DNA from: Candidatus Kapaibacterium sp.
Lineage (GTDB): Bacteria > Bacteroidota > Ignavibacteria > Kapaibacteriales > UBA2268
DNA length: 64,000 nucleotides
Assembly (NCBI GenBank): GCA_963664875.1
Contig: OY761611.1
Span: 3,040,001-3,104,000 of the forward strand
Reading direction: 5' to 3'
A model generated the notes under the pieces. The model was not told where the DNA came from. It saw nothing but the letters and a program-made list of their open reading frames with translations, and searched no databases. This document shows positions 18,693-28,969 of the stretch, one piece after another. The number at the start of each line of letters is the position of its first letter. Position 1 is the stretch's first letter. Position numbers and translations under genes: made by a program.

Positions 18693-20051
18693 TTATTCAA
18701 AGATATTTAACACTTTTTCAGCTAATTCTTTAGCATAATCCATGTTTTCGGCTTCACTAATAACTCTTATAATTGGCTCTGTATTAGAAGCACGCACCTG
18801 TACCCAAGCATTATCGAGAATGATTTTTAAGCCGTCTTCTCTTATTATTTCCTTACCTGCGAAGAGCTCTTCGACTTTAGGCAAGTAATCATTTACATCA
18901 CCTGAAAAAGACTTTTTAAATTTAAGCATTTTATAATCAGGGAATTCAGCAGCAAGCTCACTTAGCGTTTTATTAGTTTCAGCCATCAAAGCAAGTATTA
19001 GTGCTATTCCTACCAAAGAGTCTCTACCGTAGTGTGCTGATGGCAGAATCACACCTCCGCTACCTTCGCCGCCAATTACAGCACCAACCTCTTTCATTTT
19101 CTTTACAACATTGATTTCGCCAACAGCACTCCGTTTGACTTTAGCACCGAACTTTTTGGCTATAAAGTCAGTAAACATAGACGTCGAATGATTGACTACC
19201 ACTTTCTGATTTTTTTTGTCCAAAGTTAGAAGTACTGCATAAGTTGCAAGAGCTATAGTTTTTTCTTCGCCGATTGCTTTGCCGTTTTCATCTATCAGCA
19301 CTAATCTGTCAGCGTCCGGGTCAACAGCAATACCAAGGTCTGCTTCGTTTTCGGGTACTGCTTCTGCCAAATCCACAAGATTTTCGGTAAGCGGTTCTGG
19401 AACGTGAGGAAAAACTCCGCTTGCATCAGCGTACAATTCAATTACTTCGCAAAACATATTATTTAATAGCTGCGGAATAATTATAGAGCCGGATGCATTG
19501 ACCGCATCTAAAACAACTCTAAAGTTTTTTGAGCGAATAGACTCAATCAGTTCATTATCTTTAAGCAATTTATTTTCTAAAATCGCATTTATATGATTTG
19601 AGTTAGCGTCTTCATCTGCTTCAATCAAATTTTCAGTAAAATTGGCAGAGTAAGCAAAGCCTTTGTTTTCAATTGCTTCCCACAATAAGCGGTTTTCGTC
19701 AGCATCTAAAAATACGCCTTCTGAATTAAGGAATTTTAGACCGTTCCATTGTTCGGGATTGTGTGAGGCAGTAATCGCAATACCGCCCGCTGCGTTGCTT
19801 TTTTCGACTTCTAACTGCACAGTAGGAGTAGGTACCATACCCAAAACTCTTACTTTTCTGCCTGCAGCAGCCAAAACGCCCGCAACAATTTGTTCTATCC
19901 AGATACCCGACGGTCTTCCGTCCCTTCCTACTACAATTTCTCCTTCGGGCATAACTTTTGCGAATGCAGAAACGTAATCTATGATTATATTTGGAAGAAG
20001 AGAGTCTCCGATTGTTGCTCTCAAGCCGGAAATCGATCTGATAAGTGGCAT
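18693..20051 (-). CDS. glmM: Phosphoglucosamine mutase
   Basis: SISGLRAT, ITASHNP, DPDADR, GEGSGG and VRASNTEP phosphohexomutase motifs. Confidence 0.85.
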   Translation of the reverse strand: MPLIRSISGLRATIGDSLLPNIIIDYVSAFAKVMPEGEIVVGRDGRPSGIWIEQIVAGVLAAAGRKVRVLGMVPTPTVQLEVEKSNAAGGIAITASHNPEQWNGLKFLNSEGVFLDADENRLLWEAIENKGFAYSANFTENLIEADEDANSNHINAILENKLLKDNELIESIRSKNFRVVLDAVNASGSIIIPQLLNNMFCEVIELYADASGVFPHVPEPLTENLVDLAEAVPENEADLGIAVDPDADRLVLIDENGKAIGEEKTIALATYAVLLTLDKKNQKVVVNHSTSMFTDFIAKKFGAKVKRSAVGEINVVKKMKEVGAVIGGEGSGGVILPSAHYGRDSLVGIALILALMAETNKTLSELAAEFPDYKMLKFKKSFSGDVNDYLPKVEELFAGKEIIREDGLKIILDNAWVQVRASNTEPIIRVISEAENMDYAKELAEKVLNIFE

Positions 20052-20152
20052 ATTGATTTTTATATTTTTATTTACAAAGTTTTTTAATTTACTTTGTAAA
20101 TATAAGTAAATAACTTAAGTCTCAAAAGGAATAAGATAAAAAGGAACAAAAA

Positions 20153-20617
20153 ATGAAGAATATTTTGAATAGCGATATATTGCAGTTTGCTCTCAGGTTT
20201 ATTATTGGAATGCTTTTTATAGCTGTTTCTGTTGGCAAAGTAGGCAATCCCGGACTTTTTGCAAATGAAATAGGCAACTATCAGTTGCTTCCTGAATTTT
20301 CATTAAATCTTTTAGCTTTATCTATGGCATGGATAGAGCTGTTTGTGGGAATAATGCTCGTGGCAGGTGTTCGAGTAAAAGCAAATGCTCTATTAGTCAG
20401 CATATTGATGATTGTTTTTAATGTCCTTGTTTTATCTGCGATGATAAGAGGGCTCGATATAAATTGTGGATGTTATTCCAATATCGGCGCTCAAAAAGTA
20501 GGCTGGACAAAAATCATGGAAAATACTGCCACCTTTGCTTTAGCTGCTGTTCTCTATTTTACAAAATCAAATAAATATTCTATGGAATGTTTAGCTCTAA
20601 ATGAGACAAAAGCTTAG
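20153..20617 (+). CDS. DoxX/MauE family membrane protein
   Basis: LRFIIG, WIELFVG and RGLDINCGC motifs. Confidence 0.82.
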   Translation: MKNILNSDILQFALRFIIGMLFIAVSVGKVGNPGLFANEIGNYQLLPEFSLNLLALSMAWIELFVGIMLVAGVRVKANALLVSILMIVFNVLVLSAMIRGLDINCGCYSNIGAQKVGWTKIMENTATFALAAVLYFTKSNKYSMECLALNETKA

Positions 20618-21323
20618 CCATATACTGCATAGACTTATAAACGGAGCTGAATCTATAATTGCTCCGAGGTATTGCCTTGTGTGTGAGTCTTATATAAGTG
20701 AAGATGCTAAATACAAATATATCTGCAATAAATGCTTAGATGCCTTGCCTTACGCACCTGTGAGTGAGTATCTCAGCAATCGGCTATTGGAAAACTTAAC
20801 TTCAAAGGATATTGCCATCAGCAATGCGTTTGCTTTGTTCCTTTTAGAAGACGAAACCAACTATGCTCGGCTCATTTATAATTTAAAATATTTTGGGATT
20901 GCACAAATTGGTGAAGAGCTCGGCTTACTCCTTGCAAGGAAAATTGAAATTGAATCTGTAAACAGATACGACTTTGTTGTACCTGTTCCTATACACAATG
21001 CCAGGAAACGGGAAAGAGGATACAACCAATCTGACCTTATTGCACAATCAGTGGCATTGCATATCGAATCAGTTTATGCTCCTGATTTGCTGTCAAGAGT
21101 AATCAACACAAGCACTCAGACCAAGTTGAAAGCAGCAGAAAGAAGCAAAAATATCAGCGAAGCACTTTATTTTGACGGCAAATATGATATCGTCGGCAAA
21201 AAGATACTTATAGTTGATGACGTGCTCACTACCGGTTCTACCTTAAACGAATGTGCCCTCCTTTTGCTAAATAACCAAGCACGGTTAGTAGATGTTGCTG
21301 CTCTGGCAAGAAGACAGAAATAA
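20601..21323 (+). CDS. ComF family phosphoribosyltransferase-like protein
   Basis: N-terminal CxxC..CxxC, VPVPIH, RERGYNQS, ILIVDDVLTTGST. Confidence 0.9.
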   Translation: MRQKLSHILHRLINGAESIIAPRYCLVCESYISEDAKYKYICNKCLDALPYAPVSEYLSNRLLENLTSKDIAISNAFALFLLEDETNYARLIYNLKYFGIAQIGEELGLLLARKIEIESVNRYDFVVPVPIHNARKRERGYNQSDLIAQSVALHIESVYAPDLLSRVINTSTQTKLKAAERSKNISEALYFDGKYDIVGKKILIVDDVLTTGSTLNECALLLLNNQARLVDVAALARRQK

Positions 21324-21409
21324 TCAGGGCACAGTTTTGTGCAATTGACATATTAATCCAATTCATCATTCTAATCTTGAATTCGGATGCATGTTTCATG
21401 TCATTTTAT

Positions 21410-23872
21410 CTAATAAGTTTCATACGAAAAATTACATAATACTGATTTGAATGGATTGAACTCTATATCTTCCGGTTCCTGCTCAAATGGTCCAAGTTCA
21501 AATTCAAAACTTTTGCCCTGCATGAGTACTTTTTGCATATAGAAAAGCTCTTTGTCAAATTCAACCTTTATCGGAATTATCATTTTAAAGCTTTCCGGTA
21601 CATCTTCCTGCCTAATTCGACATTTAACTATATACTTTCCGTTTTCAGTTTTTGTAACTGCTGATGCAAATTTATAACTTGGAATATCTGTCCCGTCTAT
21701 CCATTGATCAAAGAACCACTTAAGTGAGTAACCGCAATGCTTCTCCAATAAGACACGCAAATCTTCAGTGGAATACTTTTTATCGCGGAATTGCTTATAG
21801 TAATCTCTTAGTATGCTTTGCAACAAATCTTCATTCATGCCTTTTGTATAGTCTATAAACATATTCCTCAGCATGTGAAAAACGTAAACCGATTTCATCC
21901 CGTTTAGTCTTACCATGCCGTATTTGTATAGATTATCAGCTCGGTAACCTAAAGTGAGTGCTCCCAAATCAGAATAGTTTCTGCCGACTCCGTCTTTGTA
22001 TTTTATTATCTCACTTTCAATCTCGGTAAGTAGTCTGAAAAAACTGCTTTTGTCCTTGAAATAGGTGTGATAATAGACCATGCCGAGATACATTGGCAAT
22101 CCTGTTTCTATCCAGCTGTCTCTGTAGCTTTTTACTCTCATTGAATACATCCACATACTGCTGAGTCTTGCTATATATTCTGAAGTTATTGCCGGGCTTT
22201 TGCGAGTGAAATAGTAGGGAGGAAGTACAAGCATATTTGGGTAGTCAGACGCCAACATAAGCATCCGGTTTGCATCTTCAGCAAATTTTGCCTGTTTATA
22301 CATAGTGTTTCTGTGGATATACTGCAATCGCTCTTCTACCAACTGCATTCTTTCCATTGGATTTGGAACCTGAGTGTAAGGCTTTGCACCTGTAAGTATC
22401 CAATCTCCGGAATTTACAGATTCGTCCGAATCATTTAGCAAACCGGCTAAGGAATCAAGAGCAATGTAATACTGAAGTTCGTATAGTTTAGCAGAGTTAG
22501 AGTTCAAATCTCCCAAAACACGGTTTAAAAAAGCACTTCCATTTTCAAAATTTTCTATAACCTCATCTACAAAATTTACATTCTTATGGTTTATGACTAC
22601 TTCCTTAGGATTGTTTTCCAATGAGAGTACTTTTTCTTTATAATTCCATAGCATAATACCAATAGCATTCAATGGTGCCGGATATTCCCATTTTGTTGTT
22701 CTTTTAGAGAGTAACCTGTCCTCGGTTTGCTCCGATAGCTCTCCGAATGCGTGCAGTTCCTTTGTCAAATCTGCAGACGCAGTCAAACTAAAATTTAACA
22801 ATTCATCTTTTGAATAAATCGGATAAAGATTATAGCCTGAGATAAAAGATCTGTTTCTCATTGCTGCGTTGATTTTGACAGTAATACTTTTTGTATCACC
22901 TTTACGTAGTTTATCGTCAAATCTAAGCCAGAAAACCTTGCGGAAAGGGTAGTCTGTATAGTAAAACTGCATAGGATTGCCATTTTCGTCCTTAACATAT
23001 TCAATATCTACAAAATCGAATAACTCGAGTCTAAGCCAGTGAAGGTCTTGCACTACTTCAAAAGTATATGTGCTTGTAGAGCTGTAGCTTGTGGTCGAAG
23101 TCATTTCAAAGTTAATATCATACGATAGTCCCTTTATAATCTGAGATTTCTTTTCAGCTCGAATATCCGAATCCAAAAGCAGATCCGCTGAGCTTTCAAA
23201 TTCCAAAAAACTTGTGATTCTGTCGAAATCGTCAGACATCCCCTCTTCTGCTATAAAGAGTTTGTTTTCTTCCATGGAGTATGGGTCGTATATCCAAACA
23301 AAGTGGTTCTTATTTTGTCTGAAAAATTGGGCATAGAAAAAACCACTTGTGTCATCTTCTAGTAAACTGTAAGCTATTCCTTCGTAGATTTCTTTTGTCT
23401 TATTGTGCATAAAATGCTTATATGTGTCATAATAGATTCTATCTATACTACTTATCTCTGAGTAATGACTAACTTTAGAGCCGCTCTGTGATACAAAGTC
23501 ATAAAAATCGTCATCGAATACAAAGGAGGCTTCTTTGAAAGAAGATTGGAGCGTATCTGTATCATAAGAGCGACGAAGATTTTGAATCTCCGGAGCAATA
23601 GTCGGAGTAAACCTGAAATACCCAATGCCTATAAAGATTGCGAAATGCTTTTTACCACCAAAATCATTAAGAAAACATACATATCCGCTATCAAGATACA
23701 TTTCTCCTGCATCTTTAGTATATTCCAGATTGTTAACATAATACACTTCTGAGGAGTTAGGGGTCAGCTCTTGAATACTCTGATAAAACTGTCCGTAATC
23801 CTTGAATGAATTAGCTGTCAAACCACTAAAACTTATCAGAACAAAGGCAACAATAAGAATAAATCTAAACAT
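21410..23872 (-). CDS. Secreted M1 aminopeptidase-like protein with degenerate active site
   Basis: Signal peptide. KSYRDSWIETG, VFHMLR, STEDLR..LEK and LKWFFDQW follow the M1 peptidase pattern, but HExxH is absent. Confidence 0.7.
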   Translation of the reverse strand: MFRFILIVAFVLISFSGLTANSFKDYGQFYQSIQELTPNSSEVYYVNNLEYTKDAGEMYLDSGYVCFLNDFGGKKHFAIFIGIGYFRFTPTIAPEIQNLRRSYDTDTLQSSFKEASFVFDDDFYDFVSQSGSKVSHYSEISSIDRIYYDTYKHFMHNKTKEIYEGIAYSLLEDDTSGFFYAQFFRQNKNHFVWIYDPYSMEENKLFIAEEGMSDDFDRITSFLEFESSADLLLDSDIRAEKKSQIIKGLSYDINFEMTSTTSYSSTSTYTFEVVQDLHWLRLELFDFVDIEYVKDENGNPMQFYYTDYPFRKVFWLRFDDKLRKGDTKSITVKINAAMRNRSFISGYNLYPIYSKDELLNFSLTASADLTKELHAFGELSEQTEDRLLSKRTTKWEYPAPLNAIGIMLWNYKEKVLSLENNPKEVVINHKNVNFVDEVIENFENGSAFLNRVLGDLNSNSAKLYELQYYIALDSLAGLLNDSDESVNSGDWILTGAKPYTQVPNPMERMQLVEERLQYIHRNTMYKQAKFAEDANRMLMLASDYPNMLVLPPYYFTRKSPAITSEYIARLSSMWMYSMRVKSYRDSWIETGLPMYLGMVYYHTYFKDKSSFFRLLTEIESEIIKYKDGVGRNYSDLGALTLGYRADNLYKYGMVRLNGMKSVYVFHMLRNMFIDYTKGMNEDLLQSILRDYYKQFRDKKYSTEDLRVLLEKHCGYSLKWFFDQWIDGTDIPSYKFASAVTKTENGKYIVKCRIRQEDVPESFKMIIPIKVEFDKELFYMQKVLMQGKSFEFELGPFEQEPEDIEFNPFKSVLCNFSYETY

Positions 23873-23946
23873 TTCAATCCACCTTCCGAAAAATTCCTGA
23901 CTTCTATATAGTAATGAATAATTAGGCTGTTAATTGTAAAACTTTT

Positions 23947-24774
23947 TTATCGACAGACTACTATTTGGCAGGTCTGCCTATTTTTTTTGCCCTCGAACAA
24001 AATAAACAAAATGCCGTTTGGCAGCCTACTTATGTCAATATTGTTTGGAGAGTCATAACTAAAGATATAATTTTCTTCTTTTAGACATTCTCCATTTGGA
24101 GTATAAAACGAAATTCTTGTAGTCTCCAAATTGGTATTGTCTATATTCGTAAAGATACTTAATTGTTCTCCTGCAGCATCCATTGCAATCCGAATATTTG
24201 AAACAAATTCTTCTTTTACTCTAACTGATTTATCAAACCAAAAAGTGTAATATTCTTTTGGAGCAACCAAAGGGTTGTAAATAGTCATTTCTTTTCCCCC
24301 AAACTCATTTACTACAGACATCTTCCCTTCCAGAAAGTATTCGTAAGCATCATTTATGTCTAAATCTAAGACATCATAAACTAACTCATAATAATTAGAG
24401 TGGATATTAGGAAGTTTTGTTGAAGAAAAACTACGATCACCTTTTTTTCGGAAGTATAATACAATCTTTATTTCTTCCAATTGCTGACTTGTTATCAAAG
24501 TTGCTCCAAAAACTATAGTACCTTCGTACTTAATCTCACCCTGATAATTTTTATGGACTATATTCAATGGATAAAGCTGGATATTTGCACTGAAAGATAT
24601 TGATATTTCATCGTCTGAAATTGCTGTTTCAGTCAGGCAGACACTGTTTTGAAATGTAGCATTGAAGCAGGAATTTTCATCTTGCAAAATATGATAATCT
24701 AAAGTTTCTGCATTGATTAGTGAAATTACAATAAAAAATAGTGGAATCAGGATTGCAAAATGGGAAAATTTCAT
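23947..24774 (-). CDS. Hypothetical secreted protein with degenerate T9SS-like C-terminus
   Basis: Signal peptide from ATG 24774; C-terminal ISFYTPNG...IDISRLPNGILFI. Confidence 0.6.
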   Translation of the reverse strand: MKFSHFAILIPLFFIVISLINAETLDYHILQDENSCFNATFQNSVCLTETAISDDEISISFSANIQLYPLNIVHKNYQGEIKYEGTIVFGATLITSQQLEEIKIVLYFRKKGDRSFSSTKLPNIHSNYYELVYDVLDLDINDAYEYFLEGKMSVVNEFGGKEMTIYNPLVAPKEYYTFWFDKSVRVKEEFVSNIRIAMDAAGEQLSIFTNIDNTNLETTRISFYTPNGECLKEENYIFSYDSPNNIDISRLPNGILFILFEGKKNRQTCQIVVCR

Positions 24775-25017
24775 ATTATAGCCCCAAATTATGAATTGTA
24801 CCTTCCTATAAGTAATACAAATCACACTGTAAATGGTTACATTATTTTTGTTTTTTTATTGAGAAGAATTATTTTCAAGGCTTGAATCATGCTTCATTAT
24901 TGAGTGTGTGGCTTTTTCTGCTCATTGTTTTGGGAATTAATCAGTAGCACGAGAAACAAAAACCGTCATTATTTCGTATTTTGAATATGTAAACAATAAC
25001 AAAATGGAAAAACTTAT

Positions 25018-25812
25018 ATGAGTTTAGGAAAAAAAGCCGGGTTCATTGCTGTTCTATTTCTTCTATTTATCTGGTATCCATCTGAAGCAGGAAGAAATTC
25101 CGAGATATTTGTTGCTGATGCATATTATGAATACGAGGTTTCCTTTTTCGGATTGCCACTTGGTAGCATAAAAATTACCACAGGAGGTATTGAGCAGAAA
25201 AACGGAAAAGAAGCATTGTACGCCAAAGCACAAATGGATAGCTACTCCGGAATTCCCTATGTAGATTTGCATGCTACATTCGAAAGTTGGATGGCTCCAA
25301 ATGCAACACATTCTTATATGTTTAACGGCAATATGAAAATGGAAGACGATAAATGGCAATATAATAATATCATCTTTGACCACGATAAAAATGAAATTCG
25401 CTCAACTATCTGGGAAAATAAACTATTAGTAAGCAGAGATACCTTCTCTACGACTAAAAAATTTAGCGATGGTGCTTCTTTGCTATATCTCTCCCGCTCT
25501 TTCCTTGAATTAGGCAAAACAGCTCATGTACCTACTTTTATAAACAATCAGCTTGTGAATACAAAAATCAATTTTCAGAAGAAACAGGAAAAAATTGAGC
25601 TTGATGCTGTCAAAGGTGAAGTTAAAGCCTTGTACCTTGACGGAAAAGCTGATTGGGAAGGTGTTTATGGGCTATCCGGTTCTTTCGAAGGCTGGTTTTC
25701 TGATGACGAAGCACATATCCCACTTAAGGCATATATGAAAGTCTATGTCGGAAAAGTAAAAATCGAATTAGTCAAATGGAAAAGACCCGGCTGGAATCCA
25801 CCGAAAGCATAG
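25018..25812 (+). CDS. DUF3108-like secreted protein
   Basis: Signal peptide; Y.VSFFG..LG and WFSDDEAHIPLK..KVYVG.VKIEL motifs. Confidence 0.7.
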   Translation: MSLGKKAGFIAVLFLLFIWYPSEAGRNSEIFVADAYYEYEVSFFGLPLGSIKITTGGIEQKNGKEALYAKAQMDSYSGIPYVDLHATFESWMAPNATHSYMFNGNMKMEDDKWQYNNIIFDHDKNEIRSTIWENKLLVSRDTFSTTKKFSDGASLLYLSRSFLELGKTAHVPTFINNQLVNTKINFQKKQEKIELDAVKGEVKALYLDGKADWEGVYGLSGSFEGWFSDDEAHIPLKAYMKVYVGKVKIELVKWKRPGWNPPKA

Positions 25813-25883
25813 TTAGATATTGTTATTAGCTATGATAACTTATATGTCAATATCCGCTATCTTTTTCAAAAAAAGATTCGTAT

Positions 25884-25931
25884 AAAAAAGTAGTAGCCTG
25901 TAATTAAACAATATTTACAGGCTACCTTTTT
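25884..25931. terminator. Bidirectional terminator
   Basis: GTAGCCTGTAA/TTACAGGCTAC stem flanked by A and T runs, between convergent genes. Confidence 0.75.
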
Positions 25932-25957
25932 ATGTGCATACCAAACCCAACTTAGGA

Positions 25958-27742
25958 TTAGTATCTGTTACGCTTGCGATAATGTGTGTGCAGTAGCTTG
26001 TGAGATTTGTGTCCCAGAGGGCCACTTGTAAGATACTCGTTATATAGCTGAGCTATCTCAGGATTCTCATGTGATTTTCTGAGTTCTAAGCCTTCATCTT
26101 CTTTGTAAATAGCTTCCATACGTTTTTTTCTTATTTCATCATTTGTAGGTATAGGCTGACCGCCACCACCGATACAGCCGCCCGGGCAAGCCATGATTTC
26201 TATGAAATGGTAAGGAGATTTACCCTCTGCTATCTGATCCATGATGATTCTTGCATTTGTCAGACCGTGAGCAACCGCCACTTTCAAAGTTACACCTTCG
26301 AGGAAAGACCAATCGGGCAGCACATTTTCGAACTTAATATCTGCTTCTTTGATACCTTCCAAACCGCGTACAGGAGTTATATTTAGTTTTTCAAAAGGCA
26401 CTTCTCTACCGGTAATTATTTCATAAGCAGTACGCAATGCTGCTTCCATAACACCACCCGATGCTCCAAATATAGCACCCGCACCTGTGGATTTACCCAT
26501 AATACTGTCGAAGCTCGAATTTGGCAGTTCTGTAAATTCTACACCTGCTTGCTTGATCATGTGAGCAAGTTCGCGTGTAGTCAAGCCTGCATCTATATCT
26601 CTAAAGCCGCTCGAGTTCATCTCAGGTCGATTAGCTTCATATTTCTTTGCAGCACATGGCATAATAGAAACGCTGACTATATCCTCAGGTTTTACATCTA
26701 TCTTTTCTGCATAGTAAGTTTTTGATAAAGCACCAAACATCTGCTGAGGAGATTTGCAGGTAGAAAGATGTTCCAGATGGTTAGGATACATATGTTCTAT
26801 GAACTTTACCCACCCTGGCGAACAAGATGTTATCATTGGTAAAGTAGTCTCTTCTTTGGTCTGAAGTGCCTTTCTCAGCCTGCTTAGTAGTTCGTGACCT
26901 TCCTCGATTATAGTAAGATCTGCTGTAAAGTCAGTATCAAGTACAGAATCGAAACCAATTTTTTTGAGAGCTGCAGCCATTTTGCCTGTAACAATTTCAC
27001 CCGGTTCGAAGCCTAACATTTCGCCAAGAGCTACACGGACTGATGGAGCAGTATTAACTACAACGTGTTTAGTATCGTCGCCGATTGCTTCCCAAATGTC
27101 ATCGAAGTAGCGTCTTTCCGTCAATGCACCGGTAGGGCAGTGAGTGATACATTGACCACAATTTACACACACCACTTCGTTTAATGGGAGCTCCATAAAT
27201 GTGGTGATTTTCATATCTTTGCCCTTATGAGCTACACATACTGCATTGACATGTTGCAGCTCAGCACAAGTCCTTACGCAACGTTGGCAACGGACACATT
27301 TACTGTCATCTTTTTCAATTGACCAGCTGGATTTATCTATTTCACTTTTTTTGCAGATATTGAGATATGTATCATTATCCACATTATATTCCGAAGCCAA
27401 ATCCTGCAATTCACAATTTGTAGAGCGATAGCAGGTAGTGCATTGTGTATTATGCTCTGAAACGAGCAGCGCTATAAGGTCTTTTCTTGCAGTTCTAACC
27501 TTAGGAGTGTTAGTTTTGATTATCATTCCTTGTTCGCATGGAGTAGCACAAGACGCTACTAAGTTTCTGTATCCATCTACTTCTACCACACAAACTCGGC
27601 AGTTACCGGCTATGCAAAGGTCTTCGTGATAGCAAAGAGTAGGAATTCTGACGTTTACCTTCTTTGCTGCTTCCAATATAGAAGTACCTTTTTTGACACT
27701 TACATCTATGCCATTTATCTTAACACTGATAATTTGTTCCAT
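25958..27742 (-). CDS. hydA: [FeFe]-hydrogenase group A catalytic subunit
   Basis: H-cluster motifs TSCSPGW, MPCAAKKYE and EIMACPGGCIGGGGQP; N-terminal 2Fe-2S, His-ligated 4Fe-4S and two CxxCxxC ferredoxin motifs; C-terminal LLHTHY. Confidence 0.96.
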   Translation of the reverse strand: MEQIISVKINGIDVSVKKGTSILEAAKKVNVRIPTLCYHEDLCIAGNCRVCVVEVDGYRNLVASCATPCEQGMIIKTNTPKVRTARKDLIALLVSEHNTQCTTCYRSTNCELQDLASEYNVDNDTYLNICKKSEIDKSSWSIEKDDSKCVRCQRCVRTCAELQHVNAVCVAHKGKDMKITTFMELPLNEVVCVNCGQCITHCPTGALTERRYFDDIWEAIGDDTKHVVVNTAPSVRVALGEMLGFEPGEIVTGKMAAALKKIGFDSVLDTDFTADLTIIEEGHELLSRLRKALQTKEETTLPMITSCSPGWVKFIEHMYPNHLEHLSTCKSPQQMFGALSKTYYAEKIDVKPEDIVSVSIMPCAAKKYEANRPEMNSSGFRDIDAGLTTRELAHMIKQAGVEFTELPNSSFDSIMGKSTGAGAIFGASGGVMEAALRTAYEIITGREVPFEKLNITPVRGLEGIKEADIKFENVLPDWSFLEGVTLKVAVAHGLTNARIIMDQIAEGKSPYHFIEIMACPGGCIGGGGQPIPTNDEIRKKRMEAIYKEDEGLELRKSHENPEIAQLYNEYLTSGPLGHKSHKLLHTHYRKRNRY

Positions 27743-27772
27743 ATTTTTTATTTCGCAGAATAATTTGACAAA

Positions 27773-28957
27773 TTAGTAAATCATTTCTTCTCTGAAATTG
27801 ATAACAATCGAAGAGAAAGAATTCGCGACTGATTGTCCAAGTCCACATTTAGCAGTAATTTTCATAGTTTCGCTCAACTTTAGGAGTTGTTCTAAGTACT
27901 GAGGTGGGCGTTCTCCTTTTTTAACTGCAGATATGCCTTCTTTAAGCTGCTGGCAACCTATTCTGCAAGGAGTACACTGTCCGCAGGATTCTTCCTCGAA
28001 GAAATCGAGATAGTTTTCCAATACTCTATACATAGACCTTGTACTATTGAATAGCATCATAGAACCTCCGGTCGGAAGCGAATCACCTGATAGACCTCCC
28101 GGGAAGCCGATAGTAGTAGATGCAAACTTTTTGCGAGGTACGCAAAAACCGGATGCACCACCTACCTGCACAGCTTTAGTGTCCCCGTCGCCAAATTCTC
28201 GCACGAAATCAGATAATGACATACCAAATTCTATATCATAAATGCCGGGTCTCGGAGTATCTCCGGAAACAGAAAATAATTTTGATCCGTGAGAATCCTG
28301 AATGCCAAGCTTTTTAAATTCTTCAGGACCGATTTTTGCAACCATCAAAGCCGAAACTAATGTCTCAACATTGTTGATTACAGTTGGGCATCCATTATAC
28401 CCATTGTTAGTTGGGAAAGGTGGCTTGTTGCGTGGTTCTCCTCTTCTACCTTCTAAAGAGTTCAAAAGAGCTGTTTCCTCGCCACAAACATAGGCACCAC
28501 TTCCGAGGAATATTTCTACATTAAAATCCAATCCAAGTATTTCGGCATGGACATGAAATTCGTCAACTTCTTTTTGTAGCTGTGGAACTAAATATTTGTA
28601 TTCTCCGCGAAGATAAATGAATCCTTTCTTAGCACCAATTACTTTAGCACAGATACCCATACCACCGAGCACTCTTCGTGCTACTTTTGTAAGAATCTCT
28701 CTGTCTTTGAATGTGCCCGGTTCGCCTTCGTCAGCGTTGCAGATAACGTATTTTTCTTCGCCTTCCGCTTGGGCTGCAAATTTCCATTTCAATCCTGTCA
28801 GGAATCCGGCTCCGCCTCTGCCTTTCAGTCCTGAATCTAATAAGTCCTGAATAATCTGTTGGTTAGGGCGTTTCATACATAGCCCTAAAGTTTTGTATTT
28901 ATTGGAATCGTTATAATTTCCCAAAATCACATCAACTCTTTTAAGTCTATCTTTCAT
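27773..28957 (-). CDS. hydB: NADH-binding flavoprotein subunit (NuoF/HydB-like, short form)
   Basis: GRGGAGF, NADEGEPGTFKDR, YVCGEETAL, GGASG and CGQCTPCR..CGLG motifs; only 394 aa. Confidence 0.9.
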   Translation of the reverse strand: MKDRLKRVDVILGNYNDSNKYKTLGLCMKRPNQQIIQDLLDSGLKGRGGAGFLTGLKWKFAAQAEGEEKYVICNADEGEPGTFKDREILTKVARRVLGGMGICAKVIGAKKGFIYLRGEYKYLVPQLQKEVDEFHVHAEILGLDFNVEIFLGSGAYVCGEETALLNSLEGRRGEPRNKPPFPTNNGYNGCPTVINNVETLVSALMVAKIGPEEFKKLGIQDSHGSKLFSVSGDTPRPGIYDIEFGMSLSDFVREFGDGDTKAVQVGGASGFCVPRKKFASTTIGFPGGLSGDSLPTGGSMMLFNSTRSMYRVLENYLDFFEEESCGQCTPCRIGCQQLKEGISAVKKGERPPQYLEQLLKLSETMKITAKCGLGQSVANSFSSIVINFREEMIY

Positions 28958-28969
28958 TATAAAAACTCC

